Shown here: in pieces, positions 1-13,134 of the stretch | How positions within the stretch are numbered: position 1 is the first letter of the stretch | Layout: the number at the start of each line of letters is the position of its first letter | Source: Malacoraja senta | Taxonomy: Eukaryota | Direction: 5' to 3' | Length of the DNA: 64,000 nt | NCBI GenBank assembly: GCA_038087875.1 | Contig: CM075998.1 | Coordinates: 6,946,001 to 7,010,000, forward strand | Notes under the pieces: model-generated | What the model saw: only the letters and a program-made list of their open reading frames with translations | What the model was told of the DNA's origin: nothing | Databases searched by the model: none | Translations under genes and position numbers: made by a program

Positions 1-180
1 CAAAATGGAACTGGGGCATTTTTCTCCTGAAGTTGCTTCTGCCAATTATTCCAGATGTAAATGAGTATTGTCAAACCTCTATATTAAAAAAAGCACGTGA
101 CCATAAGGATGGTCACATAGGTATGTTTTAAGGAGCTTCATAAGAAGAGAGTTTAGGGAAGGAATTCCACACTGAGGATG

Positions 181-460
181 GACACAGTGCTGGAGTAACT
201 CAGCGGGTCAGGCAGCATCTGTGGAGAACATGGATTGGTGACGTTTCACAGAGTGCTGGAGTAACTCAGCGGGTCAGGCAGCATCTGTGGAGAATATGGA
301 TAGGTGACGTTTCACAGAGTGCTGGAGTAACTCAGCGGGTCAGGCAGCATCTGTGGAGAACATGGATAGGTGACGTTTCACAGAGTGCTGGAGTAACAGC
401 GGATCAGGCAGCTTCTCTGGAGAACATGGATAGGTGACGTTTCACAGAGTGCTGGAGTAA
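181..460. repeat. 66-bp minisatellite (~4 units) derived from the Penelope-type terminal repeat; left half of an array split by a CR1 insertion
   Basis: ACGTTTCACAGAGTGCTGGAGTAAC recurs at 241, 307 and 373 (period 66). The same unit resumes at 4093. Confidence 0.9.
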
Positions 461-680
461 GTAACAAATGTAAGTGTAAAACGTGAATAGAGACAATTAC
501 ACAGGCATGGGGGACAAATTGACTAAAGTAGATTGGGAGATTGTATTAAGTAGATAAGCAGCAACAGACATTGAAGAAATACTTCATAATTTCCAATGAA
601 TGTGCATTTGAAGAATGCAGTTGTTGAGAAATGGACTCTTTGTGAGAAACGATTCATCCATGGCTACATAAAACACAAAA
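461..680 (+). repeat. 220-bp segment duplicated from 51171-51390 (old degenerate CR1 fragment)
   Basis: Identical to 51171-51390 except one base (477 t vs 51187 c). The ORFs at 584-769 and 51294-51479 translate identically. Confidence 0.95.
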
Positions 681-3600
681 TAGACAATAGACAATAGGTG
701 CAGGAGTAGGCCATTCGGCCCCTCGAGCCAGCACCGCCATTCAATGTGATCATGGCTAATCATCCCCAATCAGTACCCCGTTCCTGCCTTCTCCCCATAT
801 CCCCTGACTCCGCTATCTTTAAGAGCCCTATCTAGCTCTCTCTTGAAAGCATCCAGAAAACCTGCCTCCATCGTCGTTTGAGGGAGAGAATTCCACAGAC
901 TCACCACTCTCTGTGAGAAAAAGTGTTTCCTCGTCTCCGTTCTAAATGGCTTACCCCTTATTCTTAAACTGTGGCCCCTGGTTCTGGACTCCCCCAACAT
1001 TGGGAACATGTTTCCTGCCTCTAGCGTGTCCAAACCCTTAATAATCTTATATGTTTCAGTAAGCCTCCCTCTCATCCTTCTAAACTCCAGAGTATACAAG
1101 CCCAGCCACTCCATTCTGTTAGCATATGACAGTCCCGCCATCCCGGGAATTAACCTTGTAAACCTACGCTGCACTCCCTCAATAGCAAGAATGTCCTTCC
1201 TCAAATTAGGGGACCATAACTGCACACAATATTCCAGGGCCCTATACAACTGCAGAAGGACCTCTTTGTTCCTATACTCAACTACTCTTGTTATAAAGGC
1301 CAACATGCCATTCGCTTTCTTCACTGCCTGCTGTACCTGCATGCTTACTTTCATTGACTGATGAACAAGGACCCCTAGATCCCGTTGTACTTCCCCTTTT
1401 TCCAACTTGACACCATTTAGGTAGTAATCTGCCTTCCTGTATTTGCTACCAAAGTGGATAACCTCACATTTATCCACATTAAACTGCATCTGCCATGTAT
1501 CTGCCCACTCACCCAGCCTGTCCAAGTCACCCTGCATTCTCATAGCATCCTCCTCACAGTTCACATTGTCACCCAGCTTTGTGTCATCATCAAATTTGGT
1601 AATGTTGCTTTGAATCCCTTCATCTAAATCATTGATGTATATTATAAATAGCTGCGGTCCCTGCACCGAGCCTTGCGGTACCCCACTAGTCACTGCCTGC
1701 CATTGTGAAAGGGACCCGTTAACCCCTACTCTTTGTTTCCTGTCTGCCAACCAATTTTCTATCCATGTCAGCACTCTACCCCCAATACCATGTGCCCTAA
1801 TTTTGCCCACTAATCTCCTATGTGGGAACTTATCAAATGCTTTCTGAAAGTCCAGGTACACTACATCCACTGGCTCTCTCTTGTCCATTTTCTTAGTTAC
1901 ATCCTCAAAAAATTCCAGAAGATTTGTCAAGCATGATTTCCCCTTCGTAAATCCATGCTGACTCGGACCGATCCTGTTACTGCTATCCAAATGTGCCGCT
2001 ATTTCATCTTTTATAATTGACTCCAGCATCTTCCCCACCACCGATGTCAGGCTAACTGGTCTATAATTCCCTGTTTTCTCTCACCCGCCTTTCTTAAAAA
2101 GTGGGATAACATTAGCTACCCTCCAATCCACAGGAACTGATCGTGAATCTATAGAACATTGGAAAATAATCACCAATGCATCCACGATTTCTAGAGCCAC
2201 TTCCTTAGGTACCCTGGGATGCAGACCATCAGGCCCTGGGGATTTATCAGCCTTCAGTCCCATCAGTCTACCCAACACCATTTCCTGCCTAATGTGGATT
2301 TCCTTCAGTTCGTCCGTCACCCCATATCCTCTGGCCACTACTATATCAGGAAAATTGTTTGTGTCCTCCTTAGTGAAGACGGATCCAAAGTACCTGTTCA
2401 ACTCTTCTGCCATTTCCTTGTTCCCTATAATAAATTCACCTTTTTCAGTCTTCAAGGGTCCAACTTTGGTCTTAATTAATTTTTTCCTCTTCACATACCT
2501 AAAGAAGCTTTTACTCTCCTTCTTTATCTTCTTGGCTAGCTTACCTTCATACCTCATCTTTTCTCCCCGTATTGCCTTTTAAGTTATCTTCTGTTACTCT
2601 TTAAACATTACCCAATCCTCTTGCTTCCCGCTCATCTTTGCTACATGGTACTTCTTCTCTTTTAATTTTGTACTGTCCCTGATGTCGCTTGTCAGCCATG
2701 GTCGTCCCTTACTCTCCTTGGAATCTTTCCTCTTTGGAATGAACTGATCCTGCACCTTCTGTATTATTCCCAGAAATACCTGCCATTGTTGTTCCACTGT
2801 CATCCGTGCTAGGGTATCTTTCCAGTCAACTTTGGCCAGCTCTCCCTCATGGCCCCATAGTCCCCTTTATTCAACTGTAACACTGACACCTCCGATTTAC
2901 CCTTCGTCTCCAATTATAGATGAAACCTGACCATGTTATGGTCACTAACTCCTAATGGCTCTTTAGCCTCGAGTTCCTTAATCAAATCTGGTCCATTACA
3001 GAGCCTTCTCCCTGGTAGGCTCCAATACAAGCTGCTCTAAGAATCCATCTTGGAGGCACTCCACAAACTCCCTTTCTTGGGGTCCAGTACCAACCTGGTT
3101 TTCCCAGTCTACCTGCATGTTGAAATCTCCCATAACAACCGTAGCATTACCTTTACTACATGCCAATTTTAACTCCTGATTCAACTTGCGCCCTATATTC
3201 AGACTACTGTTTGGGGTCATGTAGATTAGTCCCATTAGGGTCTTTTTACCCTTACAATTCCTTAGTTCTATCCGTACTGACTCCACATCTCCTGTTTCAA
3301 TGTCACCCCTTGCAAGGGACTGAATTTCATTCTTCACCAACTGAGCTACCCCACCCCCTCTGCCCACCTGTCTGTCTTTTCGATAGGAGGTATGCCCTTG
3401 AATATTCAGTTCCCAGCCCTGGCCCTCTTGCAGCCATGTCTCTGTAATTCCCACAACATCATACTTGCCAATTTCTAACTGAGCCTCAAGCTCGTCCACT
3501 TTATTTCTTATTCTTCGCGCAACACTTTGACCTCGGTATTCACCTCCCCTCTCACGCCGGTCACTATTGGCCCTGACCTTACTCTCTTAACCCTTCTCGA

Positions 3601-4092
3601 ACTTTCCTTCCCATTAATTAGAGAGTTTTTTGTAACTTTTCCTGTACTCACTTCCCCTTCAACTCCATCTTTATACTACCAATTTGTCAATCCCTCCCCC
3701 CCACTATTTAGTTTAAACCCACACGTGTAGCCCTATCAAACCTGCCTGTCGATCCCCCTCCAGTTAAGGTGTAACCCGTCCCTTTTGTACAGGTCACCCC
3801 TACCCCCAATGAGATCCCAGTGGTCTATAAATCTAAATCCTTGCTCCCTGCTCCAGCCCCTCAGCCACACATTCAGATCCCCTATCTCCCTGTTCCTGTC
3901 CTCACTAGCATGAGGTACTGGAAGCAATCCAGAGATAACCACCCTAGAAGTCCTGCTTTTCCGTCTTCTTCCTAACTCTCTGAACTCGCGTTGCAGAACC
4001 TCCTTCCTCTTCTTCCCGATGTCGTTCGTGCCTACTTGCACAACTACTGCCGGCTGTTCACCTTCCCACTCGAGGATGTTCTGAATTCGGTT
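681..4092 (-). mobile_element. CR1-clade LINE, long but 5'-truncated within ORF1 and disrupted: ORF1 SGNH/GDSL esterase (3736-4092), ORF2 APE endonuclease (2996-3499), RT (770-2557), (TATTGTC)n-type tail
   Basis: Motifs VQVGTND...DGLHLN (esterase), GITETWL and MGDFN (APE), YLDFQKAFDK, GVPQGSV and KFDDDTKL (RT; the usual FADD reads FDDD). ORF2 is split by stops/frameshifts. Confidence 0.95.
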
Positions 4093-4521
4093 AGTGCTGG
4101 AGTAACTCAGCATCTCTGGAGAACATGGATAGGTGACGTTTCACAGAGTGCTGGAGTAACTCAGTGAGTCGGGCAGCATCTGTGGAGAACATGGATAGGT
4201 GACGCTTCACAGAGTGCTGGAGTAACTCAGCGGGTCAGGCAGCATCTGTGGAGAACATGGATAGGTGACGTTTCACAGAGTGCTGGAGTAACTCAGCGGG
4301 TCAGGCAGCATCTGTGGAGAACATGGATAGGTGACGTTTCACAGAGTGCTGGAGTAACTCAGCGGGTCAGGCAGCATCTCTGGAGAACATGGATAGGTGA
4401 CGTTTCACAGTGCTGGAGTAACTCAGCGGGTCAGGCAGCATCTCTGGAGAGGAGGAATGGGTGATGTTTCGGGTTGAAACCCTTCTTCAGGTTTAAACCA
4501 GCAACTGCAGTTTTTTCCTCC
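4093..4521. repeat. Right half of the 66-bp minisatellite (~5-6 units), ending in Penelope-type terminal repeat sequence
   Basis: Same GTGCTGGAGTAACTCAGCGGGTCAGGCAGCATCT unit repeated, then CCCTTCTTCAG and AAACCAGCAACTGCAGTT. Confidence 0.88.
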
Positions 4522-4882
4522 ACACTGAGGACCTTGACAGCTGAAGACACAGCCACCGATAGGTAGTAGGTCAATGAAAGCCCTGGACGCAGCAGAGCCC
4601 AGTGCAGGAGGAATGTAAAGATCTCCAAGGGTTGTAGATCTGAAGTTAACGGGGGAATAAGTATAGAATGATAGTAACTCTAAATTTAAAATGTTGCCTG
4701 AGCAAGAAACTATCAGTCATTCAATACGAGTATTTCTTTTGTTCTCCGGATGAGGCTGGCTGCATTCATTGCCCATCCAATGTTGGTTTGAAAGTTTGAT
4801 GGTTGGCTTTGCAGAACTACTGCAGATAGAATGGTAAGGGCACCGTTAGTTTGGTGCTAGGCGAAAAGTATCTCAGAATTGA

Positions 4883-5086
<204 letters not shown>

Positions 5087-5140
5087 TAGTTGGATGTGTG
5101 TCTAGAATTTACATTTTACGTTCTCTTTTAAATGTAACAG

Positions 5141-5492
5141 TTGGAGTACCAGAGACAACAGCTTCTCTCAGACAGACAGGCCTTCCACATGGAGCAGCTG
5201 AAGTATGCTGAGATGAGGGCTCGGCAGCAGCACTTTCAACAAATGCATCAACAGCAGCAACAACAACATCAACTCCCGTCAGGGCCTCAGGCCAGCCAGC
5301 AGCCTGCTGTCATTCCTGCATCTGTGCAACCAGTGCCACCTGCTGCAATTCAGCAGGGAACTCTGAGCCAAGCTTCAGGAGATTCCATAGCACAATCCAT
5401 TCCACAGCCACAGCAAACACCACCAACGCAGCCGCCACAGCAGCAACAACAGCAGCAGCAGCAGCAGGCTCAACCTCCGGTTCTTCCCCACG
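5141..5492 (+). CDS. SMARCC2: SMARCC2 exon, Q/P-rich region
   Basis: aacag acceptor and gtaagt donor at 5493. [41 protein letters not shown] is the SMARCC2-type (not SMARCC1-type) sequence. Confidence 0.95.
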
Positions 5493-6921
5493 GTAAGTGA
5501 AAGAGACAAAAGAATTTGCCACTGATCTCAAACGTGTGTTTGCCAACCGTGCATCTGAGATCTAAGTGTGGGGGAAGTCCCAATTTGCAACATTTGAAAG
5601 TGGTGAAAGTCACATTGCACAAATCCTTCTAGATTTCCAATCGCAGATCGGTGCAATGTCCCAGCGACAGATAAGGCAGGCTGCTTGAACGGACTGTTAG
5701 TTGCACTTTAGATCAGAACTTTCTTCAGTGTCCCATTCAAACATTGACTGGAGGCCTTGTTCAGTGTCCCAGTCACACATTGACTGGAGGCCTTGTTCAG
5801 TGTCCCAACCATGAGATGGGCATGGTTTCATGTCCATCACAGATGAAGCAGCAGCTTGGTTCAGTGACCAGGTCACAGATTAGAAAGGGTCTTTGTGAAG
5901 TAGTCCACTCACCAATTGGATGGGTTCTTTGCCCAATGTCCACACCAAACATTGGGTATGCTGATGTGCAGGATACTGCACAGTGTGTCATTCAGAGATT
6001 GGACATAACCCTTGTCTAGTCGCCTATTTTCAGTGGACAATGTCCTAGTCATAGACTAAAATCATAGTGTTATACAGCAACTTGTGTAACACTTTGGCCT
6101 AACTTGTCCAAGATGTCTTCCTGAGTCCATTTGCCTGCATTTGGTCCATATCCCTCTAAACTTTGCCAATCCATGTACCTGCCTAAATATCCTTCAAACA
6201 TTGCTTCATCCAACAGCTTGGTCCATATAACCACCATCCTCTTTGTGGAAACGTTACCTGTCAGTTCTCTTTTAAATCTTTCCCCACACGCCTTCGATCT
6301 ATGCCCTCTAGTTTTAGACTCCCTGGGAGATTCTAAAACTAGAGCTATTTAAAATAAGAATTTCAACAGAGAGCTGAGGTTGAAGGTGATTCAAGGTGAG
6401 AGGGGAATTATTTAAAAGGGAGGTGGGTGCCATAAGACAGGACCTTTGTTACTCCCAGTTATAGATTAGATGTTTCTTCAACAATTCCAAGTTGTCCCTT
6501 GAACACAGAAGATAGAAATGAAATGCTGGAGTAACTCAGCAGGACAGGCAGCATCTCTGAATAGAACGAATGGGTGATGTTTTGGGTCGAGACCCTTCTC
6601 TTCAGACCAGCATCTGCAGTTCCTTCCTACACGTCCATTAGACATATCCTGTTACACTCCCCTGTTACTAGTTTGACAGGACCCAGAAATGGTGTACCAG
6701 TAGGAATGCAAATTGTGATTAAAACTTATTCTCCAATTTTACAATGAATTCTAATTTAATATTTAACAACATTTATAACTAATATTTTTTTCTTTAACTC
6801 AAGGAGGTTAATTTTTAAAGACGTATTCTAATTTATCAGCTATGTACTTAAAGTGAAATTTGTAAATAATCTGTGCTGATTTGCCACGAACAGATAATTT
6901 AAATTGATTTTACATTTGCAG

Positions 6922-7329
6922 GTCAGCCTTCATTTCCAGGTCAACAAACTCCAAACCAACTGATGCCCAGTAACATGCCTGTTGGCATGCCTACGAACAT
7001 GTCTGGTAATATGGCTGCTGGTATACCTTGTGTGGTACCAGCCAATGTTGCATGTAGCATGGGTAGTACCATCACAGAAAACATCCCAGTTAATCTTCCT
7101 ACTTGCATGCCAAACCCAGTGCATGATAATATGTCCAGTAGCATGTCTGCGGTTGTTCCTGACAACATTGGTACAGGGTTGCCAGGAAATGTGCCTGTAG
7201 ATCTGCCTGATTCTTTACATCCTAACATACCAGGAAACATCAACACAGGCTCCATGTCTCTTACATCCACACCAGGGTCGGCAGCAGCTCAAAGCCCTGC
7301 TATTGTAGCTGCCACAAGCCCACTGGCAG
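6922..7329 (+). CDS. SMARCC2: SMARCC2 penultimate coding exon (low-complexity tail)
   Basis: ttgcag acceptor and gtgaga donor, phase 1/1. Encodes GQPSFPGQQTP...LHPNIP...GSAAAQSPAIVAA, which matches human SMARCC2 anchors PSPFPNQQTP, LHPNLP and GSAAAQSPAIVAA. Confidence 0.9.
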
Positions 7330-8506
7330 GTGAGAAGTGATGCTTGGCATTTTAATTTTATGATTTTCTTAGATTGTACTCTAAGGTATCCCAAGGAATG
7401 GGTTTTATTCAACGTCAAAAAAAAAAGTTGATTGAAGTAAGTTTCTCTGAAAACATTTTTGGAAAATTGCACAGACAATATAACAGTTTGAAATGTAAAT
7501 AATATTGGGCATTATTGATATATAATATTTAGGACAACGGCTTATCACATTGTCCATTGTGCCTGCTTTGTCCTTATAAGTAGCAGAAATGGCTGGCTTG
7601 GAAGTTGTTGTCACGGTGGCCTGGGCAAGTAACCGTGGTGCATTTTGTAAATACGGGGTGGCACGGTGGTTAAATTACAAGATGATTAACTCGGAGATAC
7701 AGACTAACAATCCAGAGATATGAGTTCTGCTCCCACCTTGTCTTCTGTGGAAACTCAATTAATAATAAATTCAATTAATAAATTCAATGAATAAATTCAG
7801 GCTCGACGGGCCAAATGGCCTCCTCCTGCATCAATTTTCTATAATGTGAACTTAAAAAAATATGCATTTCAATTGTTAGAAATCCACCTGATTCACTAAT
7901 GTTTAGAAGAGGAAATCTGCCTCCCCTCTCCAATTTGGCCTGTGATTCCAGACCTGCAGCAAAGTGGTTGATTGGTAATTGCTTTGTGAAATGGTGCCAG
8001 TGTGGAAATGCCCAACATTGGAGGGCATAGCTATAAGGTGAGAGGGGGAAAGCTTTGTGGAGATGTGGAGGGCGTTTTTTTTACACAGAATTGTGGTGGC
8101 CTGGAACGCATTGCCAGGGGTTGTGGTGGAGGCAAATACGATCGTGGTGTTTAAGAGGCTTGGAAGTGCAGGGAATAGAGGGATATGGATTAATACAGGC
8201 AGTTGAGATCAGTTTAACGGTACAAACATTGTGGGCTGAAGGAGCCCATTCCTGTGCTGTACTGTAATGTTCCATGGTCCAGCAAAACCACTTTGTTTTA
8301 TCAACACTTTGTTAATGATTGAAAGTAGACCAATTGGGCAATAATTGGCTGAATTGCATTTGTCCTGCTGTTTTTGGACTGGACATGCCTGGATTATTTT
8401 CCAGGTGATTGATATTCTTGCTGTTTTAAAATAGCTTTGCTGGAGGCACAAGTAATTCTGGAGTACAGGAGATTGTTGTACCTTTGCTCCATCCAATGCC
8501 ATAGAT

Positions 8507-8685
8507 CAGGGGTGGGGAACCTTTTCATGTTGGAATGCCGCATTAAGTTAGCTGTATTCTAATAAGGCCGCATCCAAGAAACTTCAAGTAGATATACTTC
8601 AAAATGTACATTATTTTGTTCAAATAGCCCTCATGACTTACTAATGTTTTATTTGTGGCCATCAGTCGGGGAGGATTATTTTGTT
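8507..8685. mobile_element. Possible hAT-type DNA transposon end, interrupted by the CR1
   Basis: Starts CAGGGGTGGGGAAC, a typical hAT/Charlie terminus. No matching second TIR was found. Confidence 0.4.
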
Positions 8686-11262
8686 AGAGACATAGAAACA
8701 TAGAAAAATAGGTGCAGGAGGAGGCCATTTGGCCCTTCGAGCCAGCGCCGCCATTCATTGTGATCATGGCAGATCGTCCCCTATCAATAACCCTTGCCTG
8801 CCTTCTTCCCATATCCCTTGACTCCACTAGCCCCTAGAGCTCTATCTAACTCTCTCTTAAATCCATTCCAGTAACTTGGCCTCCACTGCCGTCTGTGGCA
8901 GGGAATTCCATAAATTCACAACTCTCTGGGTGAAAACGTTTTTTCTCACCTCAGTCTTAAATGACCTCCCCTTTATTCTAAGACTGTGGCCCCTGGTTCT
9001 GGACTCGCCCAACATTGGGAACATTTTTCATGCATCTAGCTTGTCCAGTCCTTTTATAATTTTATATGTTTCTATAAGATCCCCCTCATCCTTCTAAACT
9101 CCAGTGAATACAAGCCTAGTCTTTTCAATCTTTCCTCATATGACAGTCCCGCCATCCCAGGGATCAATCTCGTGAACCTACGCTGCACTGCTCAATCACA
9201 AGGATGTCCTTCCTCAAATTAGGAGACCAAAATTGTACACAATACTCCAGATGTGGTCTCACCAGAACCCTATACAACTGCAGAAGAACCTCTTTACTCC
9301 TATACTGAAATCCTCTTGTTATGAAGGCCAACATTCCATTAGCTTTCTTCACTGCCTGCTGTACCTGCACGCCAACTTTCAGTGACCGGTGTACAAGGAC
9401 ACCCAGTCTCGCTGTACCTCCCCCTTACCTAACCTAACCCCATTGAGATAATAATCTGCCCCCTTGTTTTTGCCACCAAAGTGGATAACCTCACATTTAT
9501 CTATATTATACTGCATCTGCCACGCATCTGCCCACTCACTCAACCTGTCCAGGTCACCCTGCAACCTCCTAACATCCTCTTCACAGTTCACACTGCCACC
9601 CAGCTTTGTGTCATCCGCAAACTTGCTAGTGTTGCTCCTAATTCCCACTTCCAAATCATTATTATATATGGTAAACAGTTGCGGCCCCAACACCGAGCCT
9701 TGCGGCACTCCACTCGCCACTGCCTGCCATTCTGAAAAGGACCCGTTCACTCCTACTCTTTGCTTCCGGTCTGGCAACCAATTTTCTATCCACGTCAACA
9801 CCCTACCCCCAATACCATGTGCTCTAATTTTAGTCACCAGTCTCCCGTGCGGGACCTTATCAAAGGCTTTCTGAAAGTCTAGATACACTACATCCACTGG
9901 CACCCCTTCATCCATTTTACTTGTCACATCCTCAAAAAATTCCAGAAGATTAGTCGAGCATGATTTCCCTATCATAAATCCATGTTGACTTGGACTAATC
10001 CTTTTACTGATATCCAAATGCCCCATTATTACCTCTTTAATAATTGACTCCAGTATCTTTCCCACCACCGAAGTCAGGCTAACTGGTCTGTAATTCCCCG
10101 TTTTCTCTCTCGCTCCTTTCTTGAAAAGTGGGATAACATTAGCTATCCTCCAATCCACAGGAACTGATCCTGAATCTATTGAACATTGGAAAATGATCAC
10201 CAATGCGTCCACTATTTCTAAAGCCACCTCCCTGAGGACCCTGGGATGCAGACCATCAGGCCCAGGGGATTTATCATCCTTCAGTCCCATTAGCCTACCC
10301 AATACTATTTCTCGCCTAATGAAAATTTCTTTCAGTTCCTCTACCCCCTTAGATCCTCTGTCCTCCAGTACATCTGGGAGATTGTTTGTGTCTTCCTTAG
10401 TGAAGACGGATCCGAAGTACCTATTCAACTCTTCTGCCATTTCCTTGTTGCCCATAATAATTTCACCCGTGTCTGCCTTCAAGGGACCCACATTTGACTT
10501 TGCTACTCTTTTCCCCTTAACTTATCTAAAGAAGCTTTTACTGTCCTTCTTTATATTCCTGGCCAGCTTCCCCTCGTACTTCATCTTTTCAGCCCGTATT
10601 GCCCGTTTTGTTTCCTTCTGTTGTCCTATGAAAGTTTCCCAATCCTCTGGCTTCCGGCTACTCTTTGCTGTGTTATACATCTTTTCTTTTAGTTTTATTC
10701 TATCCCTAACTTCTCTTGTCAGCCATGGTTGGCTCCTACTCCCCTTAGAATCTTTCTTCCTTTTTGGAATGAAATGATCCTGCGTCTCCCGGATTATGCC
10801 CAGAAATTCCTGCCATTGCTGTTCCACTGTCATTCCTGCTAGGATCCCTTTCCAGTCTACTTTGGCCAGCTCCCCTCTCATGCCTTCATAGTCCCTTTTG
10901 TACAACTGCATCACTGCCACTTCAGATTTAACATTCTCCTTCTCAAATTGCAGATTAAAACTAATCATATTATGATCACTACCTCCAAGCAGTTCCTTTA
11001 CCTCGAGTTCTCTTATCATATCTGGTTCATTGGACAACACTAAATCCAGAATTGCCTTTGCTCTGGTCGGCTCCATTACAAGCTGCTCTAACAATCCATC
11101 TCGGAGGCACTCTACAAACTCTCTTTCTTGGGGTCCTGAACCAACCTGATTTTCCCAGTCTACCTGCATATTGAAATCCCCCATCACCACAGTGGCATTA
11201 CCTTTGTTACATGCCAGTTTTAACTCCTGCTGCAACTTACACCCTACATCCGGGCTACTATT
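8686..11262 (-). mobile_element. CR1-clade LINE, second subfamily, 5'-truncated in the endonuclease, frameshifted
   Basis: ORFs 10522-11235, 9379-10491 and 9164-9370 carry MGDFN, YLDFQKAFDKV, GVPQGSVLGP and KFADDTKL. (CATAGAAA)n tail at 8686-8710. Confidence 0.95.
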
Positions 11263-13066
11263 CTTTGAATCTTCTTTTACTCTTTGGCATTTTAAATACG
11301 TTCATTTTAAGATTAAAATAATAAAAGACGAACAAAAACTTGTTAATAAAAATAAAAGTTAGACAAAAATGCTGGTGAAACTCAGCGGGTGAGGCAGCAT
11401 CTATGGAGCGAAGGAAATAGGCAACGTTTCGGGTCGAGACCCTTATTCAGACCTAAAGAAGGGTCTCAACCCAAAACGTCGTTGAGAACCAATCCTGCAC
11501 TTGTTAAGTCTCAATCCAGTGTAGTATAATTGCCCCCAATTCTATGTGCTCTGATGTTGTCCACCAAACTGTATGGGACCTTCTTGAGAGTTCCTCAAAG
11601 TACCCCAACAGATTGGTCAAATATCATTTTCCATTCATAACTCCTAGTTGAATCTGCTCAATCATATTATGTAATGTTTTTTGAGTTGACATCCTCAGAA
11701 AGATACAGATGGACTGAGATGACTAGACGTTTCTGGCAGTGAGTGGTTGAAAGCCTTGACTTTTTTTCACTTATGTTCTGGGCTTTACCATCATCCCAGG
11801 GTAGAAGTGTTCATGGAGATTCTTCTTCCCATGCATTATTTAACTCTTTGCCTCTGTTTCTAATCTTGTCCATGGGTTGGCTCTCCCGATTTAATCAGCA
11901 GTCCCACATGTTCACAAGCAGGACATAGTCGATATGGTGCAACTGAGTGGTTTGCTTAGCTATTTCAGATAACAGTTAAGAATCAGATTCATTGTACTCG
12001 GTCTGGAGTCACATACAGACCAAACTGGCTAAGGGCAGCATTTTTTTCTCTAAAGAATACCAGTAAACCAGTTGGAAGTTTGGTTTTAACCTTTACTTGC
12101 TTTTAAAATTAATTAACAATTTAAATTCACTGAATTCAATTTAAATTCATGGTTAGATTTGAGCTCAAATCTCTGGATTTTTATTCCAGGCCACTGGATG
12201 ACTAGCGAAAAGCCACATCTTTTGACAAGTTGCAATATCAAATTGACCTTGAGATTACATGGGGAAATGTACACAGGACGAGGAAACGCTAAGAATTTGT
12301 ACATTCAACAACAGTCAATATTTTAGCCTTGCATATTAAAATTTTAAAAAAATGTTTTTTAACTTCGGTGTGACAACAGCGATTTGACACAAATTTTAAG
12401 TATTTACAAACTTATCATGAAACTAACCCATTATTATCACTAACCCATAATTACTGCTTCGCAAGCCTCTGGTCCTAAAACACTAATTTTAAATATGTGA
12501 TTATCATTTCTTCAGATAAATATTTAAAAATATAATGGATTTTCAATGATTTTTACATTTGAAACAGGATTTGATATTTCACTTTGTCGTTCATCATATC
12601 TGTAGATTCCTGTTTTTATTTCATGTTCTGTAAGATTATTAAAACATTGGCTGCAAATTGTGCTTTTTGCTTCGTGGTTTGTTGATGATGAGAATTCTTT
12701 AATATGATTAGTTGCTTAACCAAGTTGGAGACCTCATTGTTGCTGGATGGTAGGGATCACTTAGAATTGATATCTGACAGGAGCTAACTCTGCAAAAGTT
12801 GGGGGTTCTCACCAAAGAAATGACTTGATACTTGTGGACTGATCTTTTCAAGGTCAACAGTGATTCTGTTCACGTTACTGCTGACTGGAAAATGCAGCCT
12901 ATATTGGTTTAATGTAACAGTTAGAGATGTTCAATTCTAAAGTAATGCAGTGAGAAGACCATTTCCAACTTAATTTGTTTAGTTCTGAATATCCAATTAA
13001 GGAAATATAACTGGCTTTACGTGAAGCCAGACCATTTCTTTAAAAAGATGTTGATTTATTTTTCAG

Positions 13067-13134
13067 AGCAAGGAGCTTCAATGCAGACAGAGGTGATGAC
13101 TACCCCAGCAGCACCAGTCCCTCCGTCACAGTGA
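13067..13134 (+). CDS. SMARCC2: SMARCC2 terminal coding exon
   Basis: ttttcag acceptor, phase-compatible with the previous exon. Encodes (E)QGASMQTEVMTTPAAPVPPSQ-stop, resembling the human end TVTPVPPPQ. Confidence 0.88.

Noticed and set aside
181..460. Regular repeats resembling a CRISPR array
   Set aside because: Units are contiguous with no unique spacers, the context is a vertebrate intron, and there are no cas genes.
1008..3730. Plus-strand ORFs over CR1 copies (also 9464-10777, 39379-40234, 51708-52073)
   Set aside because: Antisense shadows of LINE ORF2 that recur in every copy.
5724..6019. ORF with repeated TGGLVQCP as an extra SMARCC2 exon
   Set aside because: It is a degenerate 36-bp tandem repeat, and the flanking exons already join in frame.
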